A stretch of DNA of 64,000 nucleotides from the NCBI GenBank assembly GCA_964016885.1, contig OZ024743.1:15996001-16060000 (forward strand). Reading direction: 5' to 3'. Shown here one piece after another: positions 26,251 to 39,030 of this stretch. Source of the DNA: Eledone cirrhosa (lineage: Eukaryota). A model generated the notes under the pieces. It was not told the DNA's origin, did not search any database, and saw nothing but the letters and a program-made list of their open reading frames with translations. The stretch's first letter is position 1, and every line of letters starts with the position of its first letter. Both the position numbers and the translations under genes were made by a program.

Positions 26251-27879
26251 TATATATATATATTCATATACACAATATTTTATACTTCAACGGCATTGAA
26301 AGACTAAGCCAAAATATTGCTGACACAGTTCCTCATACATCATCTTCATATGAATGTAATTGATATTTAAACTCATATCATTAACAATAAATAATGTTTT
26401 CAACCATGACTTCTGCTCACAAGCCGTTTCTTTACATCTATGAAAGTTCTGTTAGTTATATACTTATGGCTTTGCATTGTTGGATTTTTTTTGTTCATTT
26501 TGTATTCTTATATTTATTTTCATTTACTCAGTCTAACTATTCTCACTACAATATTGCTTGGTTTTGTCAATGTTTATATTTGGTGTTCTGGGCAGTGTTT
26601 GATTTAGCAGAAACTAATAAGCTTTATTTTGGAACAAGAACTGAAAAATAAGTCTAGTTTCTTTACTATCTGTTCTGAGATAAATATGATATACACATTT
26701 CTATTTCAGAGTAGAACTGACGATATATAAATAACTAAATAACCGAATAAGTTAAAAGAACAGAATATTTATTTAGACTTGTACAACATAAAAGAACTTT
26801 TGCCACAAGAGTTTTGCAGATAGATATTAAAGTTTGAATACAGAAAAGTTTGTTCATTCCATAATGTAGCCTCAAATTCATTTTCATATTGGTAATGGTT
26901 AATATATTTTAATGCCAGATATCTTGACAATGACAGATATATAATCATTAGTTGCTATCACTTGGTAATGATTACATATATTAGTAAAATGAATGTGAGA
27001 TTTGTGAGATTTTTCAAATAGAAATATCTGTAAGTCTACATTCACCATACAATTTTCCACATAATAAATATTTGGTCCATAAACAAAACTTTTTATGTAT
27101 ATATATTAGTGTGTGTCTGTGTGTGTATGCACCTGCGATTATGCATATCATGATCATCGTTTTAACATCTGCTTTCATTGCTAGCATGGGTTGGACTATA
27201 TATATATATATATGGAGAATGTAATGCAAATAGAGCAGTAGTGATTGCAACCATGTATCTTTACTAGGTCCTTTGAAAGTCCAGGTTAAATCTTAGAGCA
27301 ACAGTAGGCTTCACAGGTTTAGTATGCATGACAATACCGTAGTGTATATACACTGGCTGTTAAAAAGCACAATGCTACTGCTGCATGCATGACTGCAGAA
27401 AGAAAAGGCCTTGAAGATTACATGCTGAGGGATAAACAAACTGTCATGGTCAGTGAGGTAAATAGACTGCAAAGGTATTCAGTAAATCATGTTAAGGCAA
27501 AATGTATTAAAAGCTACTCAACCCACACATGCAATGGTGGGGGCTGATTGATGGACGAAACTATCAAATACTATCAACTGTCCAATTACGAGTGCACTCA
27601 TTATGTCATTCTACAACATTAAATAATAAAAGATTTAGTCACTGCAAGATGAGTTTAAATTCTAGTCCAATGAGAATTCTTTTCCATACTTTGATGCATA
27701 TGTGTGTATATGTGCATTTGCATACATTTAAATATATGAGTATATAAATATAAACATGGAAACACAGACACGCTTACAAAAATACATCCTCACAACATAC
27801 TTCACACAAACACATGCATGAATGCATGCAGACAGCAGATGTAAAAAGGTAGGAGTAGTATGAAGTAATCAAACTACTA

Positions 27880-28360
27880 CTCTCTCTTTATGTGGTTTGA
27901 CAGAATCACAAACATTTATATAGAGAGTAGTATGCTGCAGGCCACAACAAATCTAAGATCTCAAGAGATCATTGAACTATAGTATGCTGATGAATATGTT
28001 CTAGTAGCTCATACTGAGAGAGCCTTACATGCCATCATCTCAGCATTCAGAAAACTGAAGATATTGGACCCTCACACTGCTTTATGCACTATCCTCACTA
28101 CTTTCTATTTTCCACACCAATAATTATCTATACCCTGCCTATTCAAACAACTAGGTAGGATTATTGCCAAACATTACATGCTGGGCAAGAAAGTGCTGAC
28201 TACTTATGAAAGACAACAATCTCAATCTCCAAATCAAGGTTCTTGTCTATTTAACAGTCTGTGTCTACACTCTCTTTACATATAAAAGATGTGGTCCACA
28301 TATAATCTACACATAAAGACACTAGAGGTTATTAACATCCAGTGTGTTCAGAAGAAACAT
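27880..28360 (+). pseudogene. Highly degenerate RTE RT fragment
   Basis: YAD-like TATGCTGATGAA at about 27983 and a later IKVLVYLTVCVYTL...WSTYNLHIKTLE segment resembling the RTE thumb. Confidence 0.5.
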
Positions 28361-28446
28361 TCAGTCACCATGCAAAATAGAGAGAATCCATTGAATCCAA
28401 CCAGCAGCATTGAAACCAGTGTGCAGACTTCAATTATGTTGGCTCA

Positions 28447-28457
28447 CACACACATAT

Positions 28458-28512
<55 letters not shown>
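28447..28512. repeat. (CA)n microsatellite
   Basis: Read directly. Confidence 0.95.
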
Positions 28513-28516
<4 letters not shown>

Positions 28517-28803
28517 ATACACATGCAATCACAACATATGCACATACACACACTCACACACATGTATGCAGCACTGCAGTTAAATATAGGAAACCAGAAT
28601 TTCTATGATGCTGCATAAAACTTTGATATCTCATGATTTTTCTATCTCGAATATATTCAATGGAGAAAATAATTAGTTGAGTTTCAATTAATTCAAGCTG
28701 ATGAAACTGATAGCTATTCTTTTTATTGAGTCGATCAGGTTGCAAAAGCATGTGTTCCAGTAATATATATTCTAATACATGTATGTCCCGATAAATACAG
28801 AAA

Positions 28804-28945
28804 ATTGGCAGAGTCATTAGAAGATAGAGGATAGAATAGTTTGCGGCATTCATTCTCGCTTTCTGCACTCGGAGTTCAAATACGACCATAGTCTACTTAA
28901 CTTTTATCCTTTCAAGGTCGATAAAAAGATGTACCAGTCTCAAAT
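28804..28945 (+). mobile_element. Degenerate SINE, family S2
   Basis: ATTGGCAGAGTCATTAG, GAGTTCAAAT and CTTTTATCCTTTCAAGGTCGATAAAAAGATGTACCAG. Confidence 0.65.
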
Positions 28946-29494
28946 GCTGGTTGAGTATTCTTCTATATCTCTTCCTCACTTCCTCTATATCCTTCCCTGT
29001 AAGAAATTGGCTATTCTGGCCTTGAGAAAGGATGCACAGGAAGTGATGTATATGAGTCCATCATGAGTTATAGGTACATATGTACTGATGTCTTTCTTTT
29101 AGCTTGCTTATACTACATCATTCATGCACATGAATATTACACACCCACCAGAAAATATCAACTACATTTATGTGTATATATATTACATGTATATACATAT
29201 ATATATTATATGTATATATGTATGTATATATTCATAGCAAAAATGAAACGAAATTTCATTTCTCACTCTTAGTACGGCTGTTACTTAAATATAAGTATGT
29301 ATACGTACATACATATATGTATACAGACGTACAGTAGTATGTATATATACATACATGCACACATATATATATATGTACGTATGGATTTACCGAACATTTA
29401 ATATAATGCTCGGTTTGTTTGTAAACAACATCCCGAATTAAGCTGTACAGTGTTTAGCAACCATCGTTGCCCTTTTGTTCAACACTGAAAAAGA

Positions 29495-29537
29495 ACGATG
29501 TACTAGTTTCAAGCTTATTAGCTATCGTCAGCATCGT
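29495..29537 (-). ncRNA. Minimal type I hammerhead ribozyme (family A)
   Basis: Minus strand: ACGATG CTGACGA TAGCT AATA AGCTT GAAA CTAG TA CATCGT. This gives a 6-bp stem I, intact core, AGCT/AGCT stem II (first pair U.U), palindromic CTAG stem III and a GUA cleavage triplet. Confidence 0.85.
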
Positions 29538-29971
29538 ATACCTTCCTGCCAGATGATTGAACGTCTGAAAGTATATACTTTCCTTATGCATATTAACGGC
29601 TGAGCAGCCTAATTTGCATATCGTGTGAGTTAATCGGCCGGGTGCACCGAAAACGATAAATGGAAAAAATGAAACGAAATTTCATGTCTCACTCTTAGTA
29701 CGGCTGTTACTTAAATATAAGTATTATACGTACATACAAATACGTATACAGACGTACAGTAGTATGTATATATATATACATACATGCACACATGTATATA
29801 TATGTACATATGGATTTACCGAACATTTATTATTAGCTATCGTTTTTTTCCATTTATCGTTTTCGGTGCGCCCGGCTGATTAACTCACTCGATATGCAAA
29901 TTAGGCTGCTCAGCCGTTAATATGCACAAGGAAAGTATATACTTTCAGACGTTTAATCATCTGGCAGGAAG

Positions 29972-30009
29972 GCTGACGATAGCTAAAAAGCTTGAAACTA
30001 GTACATCGT
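29972..30009 (+). ncRNA. Hammerhead core (family A), 5' strand of stem I deleted
   Basis: G CTGACGA TAGCTAAAAAGCTT GAAA CTAG TA CATCGT. Confidence 0.6.
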
Positions 30010-30244
30010 TGCTTTGTCAGTGTTGAACAAAGGGGCAACGATGGTTGCTAAACACTGTACGGCTTAATTCGGGATGTTTGTTTACAAACACACCGTGCAT
30101 TATAATAAATGTTCGGTAAATCCATACATACATATATATATGTGTGCATGTATGTATATATATACATACTACTGTATGTCTGTATACATATATGTATGTA
30201 CGTATACATACTTATATATATATACATATATATGTAGGTATATG

Positions 30245-30345
<101 letters not shown>

Positions 30346-30497
30346 GTATATATATATATGGATGTGAGGCGAACCACAACAGAAACAAACACTCTATCTC
30401 AAATTTAGTTTTGAAAATCATAAGAACTATGAAACCAGTAAAATAAATTAATAAATATTCTTAAAAGACTCCAGTTGCATTTTCAATTTAATTTCCT

Positions 30498-30536
<39 letters not shown>

Positions 30537-30567
30537 AGATCAAAAGATGGTTAAAAGAGATCCATGT

Positions 30568-30636
30568 ATTTTATTATGCGCATTTCAAAAACAAATATCA
30601 TCATGAGATGAAATTTGCGTTTTCGTCAGATAAAAT
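30568..30636 (-). ncRNA. Type I hammerhead ribozyme (family C)
   Basis: Minus strand: ATTTTAT CTGACGA AAACGCAAATTTCATCTCATGATGATATTTGTTTTT GAAA TGCGCA TA ATAAAAT. This gives a 7-bp stem I, intact core, long stem II, palindromic TGCGCA stem III and an AUA triplet. Confidence 0.85.
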
Positions 30637-30756
30637 AGGGATTCATGATATGAAGGTTAAAATACACTTGTGAAAAGTAAAGTTTTAAATCAACATATGT
30701 TGATTTAAAACTTCACTTTTCACAAGTGTATTTTAACCTTCATATCATGTATCCCT

Positions 30757-30825
30757 ATTTTATCTGACGAAAACGCAAATTTCATCTCATGATGATATTT
30801 GTTTTTGAAGTGCGCATAATAAAAT
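30757..30825 (+). ncRNA. Hammerhead mirror copy (family C) with GAAA changed to GAAG
   Basis: Same as 30568-30636 but GAAG TGCGCA TA. Confidence 0.65.
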
Positions 30826-30952
30826 ACATGGATCTCTTTTAACCATCTTTTGATCTTATATTATTTATACTCCTGTCCTACAAATTGTAGAGTGGTACTT
30901 ATCCGATAGTTGCATTGCTTTATTGTACTACAATAAAACTTACCTCCTACAT

Positions 30953-31004
<52 letters not shown>

Positions 31005-31169
31005 AATGAATATATGATAGGGATAAACACTGATACAAGTATACATGTGTTTGCATTGCAAATGACCAAGTTAGCTAGATTGAAAAATACTAATTAAAAT
31101 AATACGGTTTGCCTGTCTCGATTTAAAATAAAAAATCAATAAAAAAAAACCTATATTTGCAATAGCCGT

Positions 31170-31259
31170 GATACCTGGACAAATTTAAATTTAAAATTTT
31201 AAATTTGTTTCGCAACAATTAAGTGAAATTTCCTATTCCTGTGCTCTTCTGCAGGTATC
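31170..31259 (-). ncRNA. Type I hammerhead-like ribozyme (family B, variant core)
   Basis: Reverse complement of 31776-31865, with the same CAGAAGA core. Confidence 0.7.
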
Positions 31260-31775
31260 CAGAAATTGGTAAGTTTCACTTCAAAATACTTAGGAAGACT
31301 GAGATAAATGTGTTGTTGAACGCACATGTATCCCAGCGTCTAGCGCGTCCTATACTCGTGCCGCTAAAAATAGCAGCCGGTTTTATGGGACTAAAAATTA
31401 GCTCAACGCATGGAGCCGAGAATATTATATATAGAGTTATAAACTCAAATAGTCTTTTACAATTAAATAGCTCAAAGAAAGGGATATTTCTGAGCCGTGT
31501 AATACAAATGAATATAAGATAGGGATAAACACTGATACAAGTATACATGTGTTTGCATTGCAAATGACCAAGTTAGCTAGATTGAAAAATACTAATTAAA
31601 ATAATACGGTTTGCCAGTCTCGATTTAAAATAATAAATCAATAAAAACAAACCTATATTTGCAATTTTTAGCGGCACGAATATAGGACGTGCTAGACGCT
31701 GGGATACATGCGCGTTCAACAACACATTTATCTAAGTCTTCCTAAGTATTTTTAAGTGAAACTTACCAATTTCTG

Positions 31776-31865
31776 GATACCTGCAGAAGAGCACAGGAAT
31801 AGGAAATTTCACTTAATTGTTGCGAAACAAATTTAAAATTTAAAATTTAAATTTGTCCAGGTATC
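31776..31865 (+). ncRNA. Type I hammerhead-like ribozyme (family B, variant core)
   Basis: GATACCTG CAGAAGA GCA...TGC GAAA CAAATTTAAA...TTTAAATTTG TC CAGGTATC: perfect 8-bp stem I, long stem III, GUC triplet, U4 replaced by A. Confidence 0.72.
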
Positions 31866-32086
31866 ACGGCTATTGCCGATATAGGTTTGTTTTTATTGAT
31901 TTATTATTTTAAATCGAGACAGGCAAACCGTATTATTTTAATTAGTATTTTTCAATCTAGCTAACTTGGTCATTTGCAATGCAAACACATGTATACTTGT
32001 ATCAGTGTTTATCCCTATCATATATTCATTTGTATTACACGGCTCAGAAATATCCCTTTAATTGTAAAAGACTATTTGAGTTTATA

Positions 32087-32416
<330 letters not shown>

Positions 32417-33365
32417 GGCTCATCAATGGAGTGGATCACCGGATAAGCCTTCAGTCAGACCTACTGGCTGTTACCCAAATGGGCGGAAAAGAACAACATG
32501 TTACTAAACGAAGACAAATTCGAACTGATCCACTTTGGAAAAGAGGATGCTCTGAAACTCCCGTACTCCCTTCCCTACGGTGAAACTCTCGTGGCATCTA
32601 ACAACATCAGAGACTTGGGAGTAACCGTAGACAGCAACATAAGCTGGGCCACGCATATAAGCAGCAAAGTTGACATGGCCCGCAGAATGTGTTACTGGAT
32701 CCTCAGAACCTTCCAGTCGAGAAATTCCCACACCATTATCCTTCTCTTCTCCACTTTTGCCCGACCACACCTTGAATACTGTTGTCCACTGTGGTCTCCC
32801 CACACGAAACAAAGTATCATGAAACTTGAAGCTCCCCAAAGGGCAATCACGGAAAATATAGATGGCATGTCAGACCTTGACTACTGGGGTCGACTAGAAA
32901 ATCTGAAACTTTACTCACTACAACGTCGCCGTGAGCGTTATATTATCCGCATGATGTGGAAAATGTTTCATCAGCACTGCCCAAATGATGTTGGCATCAC
33001 CTTCAAAATACACCTAAGGCTTGGGCCCCGTGTAATCCGTCCCAAACAGAAATCTAAATCACAACTCATAACAACTATACGGCACAATTATTTCACCTCA
33101 ATTGGCCCTGCTCTCTTCAACATCACACCAGGACACGTCAAAACAGAAACTGACCACACAATATTCAAGATGTCTTTGGACAAATTCCTCCAAGTAATCC
33201 CGGACAAACCACCCACACCCGGATATGTCTCCGCAAACAGTAATTCTCTTCTCAAATGGGCCATGGTGCCCAAATCCTGAATTGAAAGACTTCGCCAGGT
33301 AGTGCTATTTAGTTAGACATGGCCTGGGCTAATACTGCCAAAAACATTTCAAAGTTATTCAAAGT
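32417..33365 (+). mobile_element. CR1-like LINE 3' fragment (second family) with a 260-aa open frame
   Basis: ORF 32498-33280: [46 protein letters not shown]; inserted between (TA)n runs. Confidence 0.88.
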
Positions 33366-33477
<112 letters not shown>

Positions 33478-33479
33478 TA

Positions 33480-33885
33480 TAGTGGTAGAACACTGAAAGG
33501 TAATATCCGTAGTGGTAGAGCACATGTCCATGGGACGAGTTAGGTAGAAGTAGTTACACAACGGTTAGTTCAACATACCGAGAACAATTGTTTCACCTTA
33601 GCTCATCTGCCTCCAACGAGCCTCTCTGGGTGAAACATGTGTAAGAGCTATATAAAGAAATGTTTTAACGGCTTGTAACTCTTTCATTCACTCATTCATT
33701 TGCCTATTCCAGCTCTGCTTAAACCTTACGCAGCTATTAACTTTCGCTAATATTTAACCCTGCTAACCCAAGCAATGAGCACACTACGCATCTGCTTTTG
33801 GCATTTAGTATTCTGTATCGCACTTCTTTGTATCTCTCCGATTCATCCTCTCCTACGATACTTTTACCCTATTACACACACAAAC
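33480..33885. other. (TA)n-flanked non-coding fragment with two back-to-back degenerate hammerhead-like motifs
   Basis: Minus strand CAGATGA GCTAAGGT GAAA CAATTG T at about 33580-33612; plus strand CCAACGA GCCTCTCTGGGT GAAA CATGTG TA at about 33613-33648. Confidence 0.4.
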
Positions 33886-33900
33886 ATATATATATATATA

Positions 33901-36900
33901 TTAGTATTGAAGTTTCCGTTTAAAATTGAAAAAGTCATAGAAGTGAAGAGTGCTCTATGTAAGTACCAGAGCTAAATTTAATGTATAATAAACAATACAA
34001 TATAATTACCTCATTACCAGAGGTTTCCCGAATAAGACGAATACGAAAAACGTCCCCATTCGTTCATCCGTCAAGGCAATTTAAAACATAGTGAAATATT
34101 TGAAAAATCTCCTCAAGAAAGGCAAGAGTTTAACGGGCAAAACATATATAAATAAAAGTAATGCAAGAGATATATAACAAAATAAGGAAATGTAGTTAGG
34201 GTATGTGTATATGTATGTATATACACACACAAATGTACATATGTGTGTATGTACAGATGCATGTGCATGGTGAAAATGTGTGCGTAAGTACATATATGAG
34301 GGCAAGTATATTTGTGTATATGTGACCACAAATACGTATATAATATGAGTTGAAAAAGAAATTGTAAGATAATATAGTTAACACACATCCAGATACAGGT
34401 ATTAAATACACATACGAGTATGAAAGCACGCGTATAAACACACACACACGCGCGGTCACATATATGCGGAAGATAAAGAGGGAAGGGAGTGTAATAGTAA
34501 AAAGAAGTGTCATTCTTGATATATGTATAAAAATGAAACAATATATGAGAATGAAAAAACATTTTTTAAATCAAAGAGAAAGTAAGAGGGAGTGGTTATC
34601 AATTAACACTAGAATAAAGAAAACAAATATAGGTACGCACGTACACACACATATATATATATATAAATATATATACATATAAATACATACAGACAAAAGC
34701 GCATGCATGCGTACATACATACACACGAGACACGTATATATATATATCGCCACATGTATATCTAATCACACGTACGTACGTGACTATATATATATATACA
34801 TATATACATACACCCCCATACACCCCCATACATACGTATACATATACATACACATACACATACATTCGCCCACACACACACGCATAAATAAGTATGTAAA
34901 AAACATAGATATAAAAACACACATACACACACATATATATACGCACGCACGCACACATACGGAGGCGTTCGTATACTTATACAGAACGTATACACACATA
35001 TGCACACTCACACGATATAGATACAAATTATAAACCAGCCGTATGAATAAATGAGTACAAATATAAAATCGGCTGCGAAACAGAATATATCTGGAGTGGA
35101 AAACGCAAGTGACATGTGATATCAGGTAGTGAAAGAAAATTGGGAAGTAAAATGTGGAATGTGAAGATATTAGGTAAGTGAATCAAAAAGTAGGGGGAGG
35201 GGGGTTACTGGTGGATGTGAAGTAAAAATAAAAATAAAGTTAAAAATAAAGTTAAAAATGAAAGTAAATCAGAAAGCGCGGTCTGTAAAGAGGATAATTT
35301 AAGGAAAGTGAAGAACATGAGTTTATGGAAGATAAGTATCTGAAAGTGAGTTAAGTTTATATGAGCTGGAAAGCAAGTGTGATTTCATGTGTGGGCAACT
35401 GGTGAACATTTCTGTTTTTGTCTTTAGGCAGGTTTTTGGTGATTTAAGGTTTTGTAAAATCCAATATTTTTCACTTATGCAGAGTGTGCATCTTCTTGTT
35501 CCTCTTGCATATTCTTTAGATTGGTTCAAAATTGACCAATCCAATTTATATTGGATACCTTGGTCTTTCAAATCCCATATTCTGCTAGCCAGAGCTGTTG
35601 TAAATCTTTTTTCTGGATGTCGGAAAGATGCGACATGTGAGTAATAACGGGTTTTCAATTTGTCTTGTGTCACACCCACATATCGTTCGCTGGTGGCTGG
35701 TAGGTTGTTGCTGATGGTTGTCACTTTAGCCGCATATACAATGTCTTTGGTGTTGCATTTACCTTGTAATGGGCATTCACTTTTAACTCTACAGTAGCAA
35801 TTTTGATGTTCTCTGGGTGATTTCTTATTGATGATATAAGATTTAATAGGAGGACCGCAGGCGTAGCTAATTTTGACACAGTTTCTATTGAAGATTGTAT
35901 AGTATTCTAGGGAAATGTTTATCTAAGAGCTCTAGGAATTGTTTGCCTACATTAGATTTAACTGCTAGAGAGTAGGGGGGTGTGAACCAGATTATTTTTC
36001 TTTTCCTATTATTATGTTTAAAAGAGTTAGTATTGTTGGGTATGTACTTAATTGGTTCGCTAAATCCGCTATTTTGAAGGGCTTTATTATAGTAGGGGGA
36101 TGCCTTATTGAAAATAGCTTCTGAGGAAGAGAGGGTGGAGATCCTACGGCTAATATTAGGGATAAGGTTTTTTAAAACTATAGGAGGATGGCAAGAGCCT
36201 TTATTTATATATTTTAAATTTTCATTAGGTTTATGGTACGGTTTATAAGAAACAGTAGGCAGATCTAGGTTTATATCTAGAAAATTAACATTGGAAATGT
36301 TTTAAGATTAAGTAATTTTAAGATTAAAACTAGCGAAGGTTTTTATTAAGTCTTTCTTTAATCTATATAAGTTATGGCCTATGGTGGTATGGGAAAGTAT
36401 TAAACCATCGTCGCGATAAAGCCCAAAAATATGGTTAGGGAATTTTTCTTTAAGTGTGTGTAGGAGGAATAGGCCGACTAAATCACAAACATCAGCACTG
36501 TCAAAAGAACCCATTGAGACATCGAATGGGTTCTCTGGGTTAGATATTTTTACCCAAGTGCCATTATCAGTAAAGAGTAGAGTATTTCTAGCATGCAAGA
36601 TGACATTCTCTTCAATATCAGAAATATTGGTAAACTTTCTAGCGAAATTTAAGGTTTTCGCTAAAAGAGTCTGAGTGATAGACGGGTAGAAATCTATAAT
36701 GTCAAATTGGGTGAATCTAGAACTATTTTTATTTTTAATATTATTAAACCAATGTACTACGGAAGAGCTATTTATCCATTGGAGTAATCCAGACTTACTT
36801 CTAATCTGTGTGTTTGTATTATTTAAAATTATGTTGCTAGGAAGACCAATATCAGTTTTAAATCACACTTGCTTTCCAGATCATATAAACTTAACTCACT

Positions 36901-38256
36901 TTCAGATACTTATCCTCCATAAACTCATGTTCTTCACTTTCCTTAAATTATCCTCTTTACAGACTTCTCTTTCTGATTTACTTTCATTTTTAACTTTATT
37001 TTTATTTTTACTTCACATCCACCAGTAACCCCCCTCCCCTACTTTTTGATTCACTTACCTAATATCTTCACATTCCACATTTTACTTCCCCATTTTCTTT
37101 CACTACCTGATATCACATGTCACTTGCGTTTTCCACTCCAGATATATTCTGTTTCGCAGCCGATTTTATATTTGTACTCATTTATTCATACGGCTGGTTT
37201 ATAATTTGTATCTATGCGTGTGAGTGTGCATATGTGTGTATACGTTCTGTATATGTATACGAACGCCTCCGTATGTGTGCGTGCGTGCGTATATATATGT
37301 GTGTGTATGTGTGTTTTTATATCTATGTTTTTACATACTTATTTATACGTCTGTGTGTATGTGGGTGAATGTATGTGTATGTGTATGTATATGTATGTAT
37401 ATGTATACGTATGTATGGGTGTGTATGTATATATGTATATATATATATAGTCGCGTACGTACGTGTGATTAGATATAAATGTAGCGTTATATATATATAT
37501 ACGTGTCTCGTGTGTATGTATGTACGCATGCATGCGCTTTTGTCTGTACGTATTTATATGTATATATATTTATATATATATATGTTTGTGTGTACGTGCG
37601 TACCTTTGTTTGTTTTCTTTTTTCTAGTGTTAATTGATAACCCCTCCCTCTTACTTTCTCTTTGATTTAAAAACAATTATTCATTCTCATATATTGTTTC
37701 TTTTTATACATATATCGAGAATGACACTTCTGTTTACTATTACACTCCCTTCCCGCTTTATCTTCCGCATATAAGTGACCGCGCGTGTGTGTGTGTTTAT
37801 ACGCGTGCTTTCATACTCGTATGTGTATTTAATACCTGTATCTGGATGCGTGTTAACTATATTATCTTACAATTTCTTTTTCAACTCATATTATATACGT
37901 ATTTGAGGTCACATATACACAAATATACTTGCACTCATATATGTACTTACGCACACATTTTCACCATGCACATGCATCTGTACATACACACATATGTACA
38001 TTTGTGTGTGTATATACATACATATACACATACCCTAACTACATTTCCTTATTTTGTTATATATCTCTCGCATTACTTTTATTTATATATTTTTTGCCCG
38101 TTAAACTCTTGCCTTTCTTGAGGAGATTTTTCAAATATTTCACTATGTTTAAAATTGCCTTGTCCGATGAACGATCGGTGACGTTTTTCGTATTCGTCTT
38201 ATTCGGGAAATCCTCTGGTAATGAGGTAATTATATTGTATTGTTTACTATACATTA
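33901..38256 (-). mobile_element. Penelope-like element (RT plus C-terminal GIY-YIG), 5'-truncated, with roughly 1.4-kb inverted arms
   Basis: Arms at about 33979-35385 and 36860-38256 are reverse complements; a 78-bp extra tail at 33901-33978; (TA)n on both sides; coding remnant between the arms. Confidence 0.92.
35323..36860 (-). pseudogene. PLE ORF remnant: reverse transcriptase and GIY-YIG endonuclease (Naiad-like motifs)
   Basis: QWINSSSVVHWF, FDIIDFYPSI, FDVSMGSFDSADVCDLVGL, GLYRDDGL; then CYC-x5-CPLQGKC, IVYAAKV, RYVGVT, KTRYYSH, CTLCISEK, SCPH; disrupted between the domains. Confidence 0.9.
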
Positions 38257-38321
<65 letters not shown>

Positions 38322-38367
38322 ATATATAAATATATGTATATATATATATATATATATTTGCATATAT

Positions 38368-38828
38368 ATCTTAGTCTTAGATTCTTCCGCGCTGTTCGGC
38401 ACATCGATCAGCGGCAACTTTTCCGAGACCATGCCATGTGATGTTGGCTGCCATCAGACCCTTCCGGAACGTTCGTCTTCAGGTGATTCTTGGGCAACCA
38501 CGCCTCCGTTTACTGCCAGGCGGAGTCCAGTTCATCGCTGTTTTCGAATGCCGTTCATTTGGCAGACACAGAATATGGCCAGCCAGACGGCACCAACGCT
38601 CCGTGACCACTCTCTGTAGCATCCATGACTTGGCTCTCCGCAGGATCTCCGCGTTTCGTACTCGGTCACACCAGAACATGCGAAGGATCCTTCGCAGGCA
38701 CGGCTGGTGGAAAGCGTTCAGCCATCTCTCTATTTTTGCCATACTCTTCCACGTCTCGCTCACATAAAGCACTATCGGCAGCACAATGCTCCTGTACAGG
38801 CAGAGCTTGGTCTTGGTGCTAATGCATG
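38368..38828 (-). mobile_element. RTE-type LINE 3' fragment
   Basis: ORF 38479-38856: TKLCLYRSIVLPIVLYVSETW...RLAGHILCLP...GSKRRRGCPRIT; ends in CTAAGA repeats. Confidence 0.85.
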
Positions 38829-38841
38829 AATATATATATAT

Positions 38842-39030
38842 AATATATAAGATCAAAAGATGGTTAAAAGAGTTCCATGTATTTTATTATACGCATTTCA
38901 AAAACATATATCATCATGCAATAACATTTGTGTTTTCGTCAGATAAAATAGGAAGACATGATATGAAGGTTAAAATACACTTGTGAATAGTGCAGTTTTA
39001 AATCAACATAATAAAACTCACCTCCTACAT
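38842..39030 (-). mobile_element. Family C element, second copy (left arm plus terminal tail only)
   Basis: Matches 30531-30697, then jumps to ATAAAACTCACCTCCTACAT, the same terminus as 30933-30952. Confidence 0.85.
38881..38949 (-). ncRNA. Type I hammerhead ribozyme (family C, diverged copy)
   Basis: Minus strand: ATTTTAT CTGACGA AAACACAAATGTTATTGCATGATGATATATGTTTTT GAAA TGCGTA TA ATAAAAT. Confidence 0.8.

Larger units (their letters stand above)
29235..30215. mobile_element. Hammerhead-bearing non-coding repeat, family A, array 2
   Basis: A unit of about 426 bp (starts near 29239 and 29665), then an inverted copy from about 29840 to 30215; AT-microsatellite on both sides. Confidence 0.88.
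30531..30952. mobile_element. Hammerhead-bearing palindromic element, family C
   Basis: Spacer-less palindrome 30531-30862 centred on CAACAT|ATGTTG, plus about 88 bp of unpaired right tail; (TA)n on both sides. Confidence 0.9.

Noticed and set aside
35750-35805. Selenocysteine recoding in the Naiad-like PLE
   Set aside because: The cysteines of CYC...CPL...KC are all TGC or TGT, and the 3' hairpin near 34030-34080 lacks the paired GA needed for a SECIS.
38155-38225. Hammerhead at the end of the large PLE arm (mirror near 34010-34082)
   Set aside because: Hairpins and a GAAA are present, but the core reads CCGATGA or CGGATGA and I could not build stem III with an NUH triplet.
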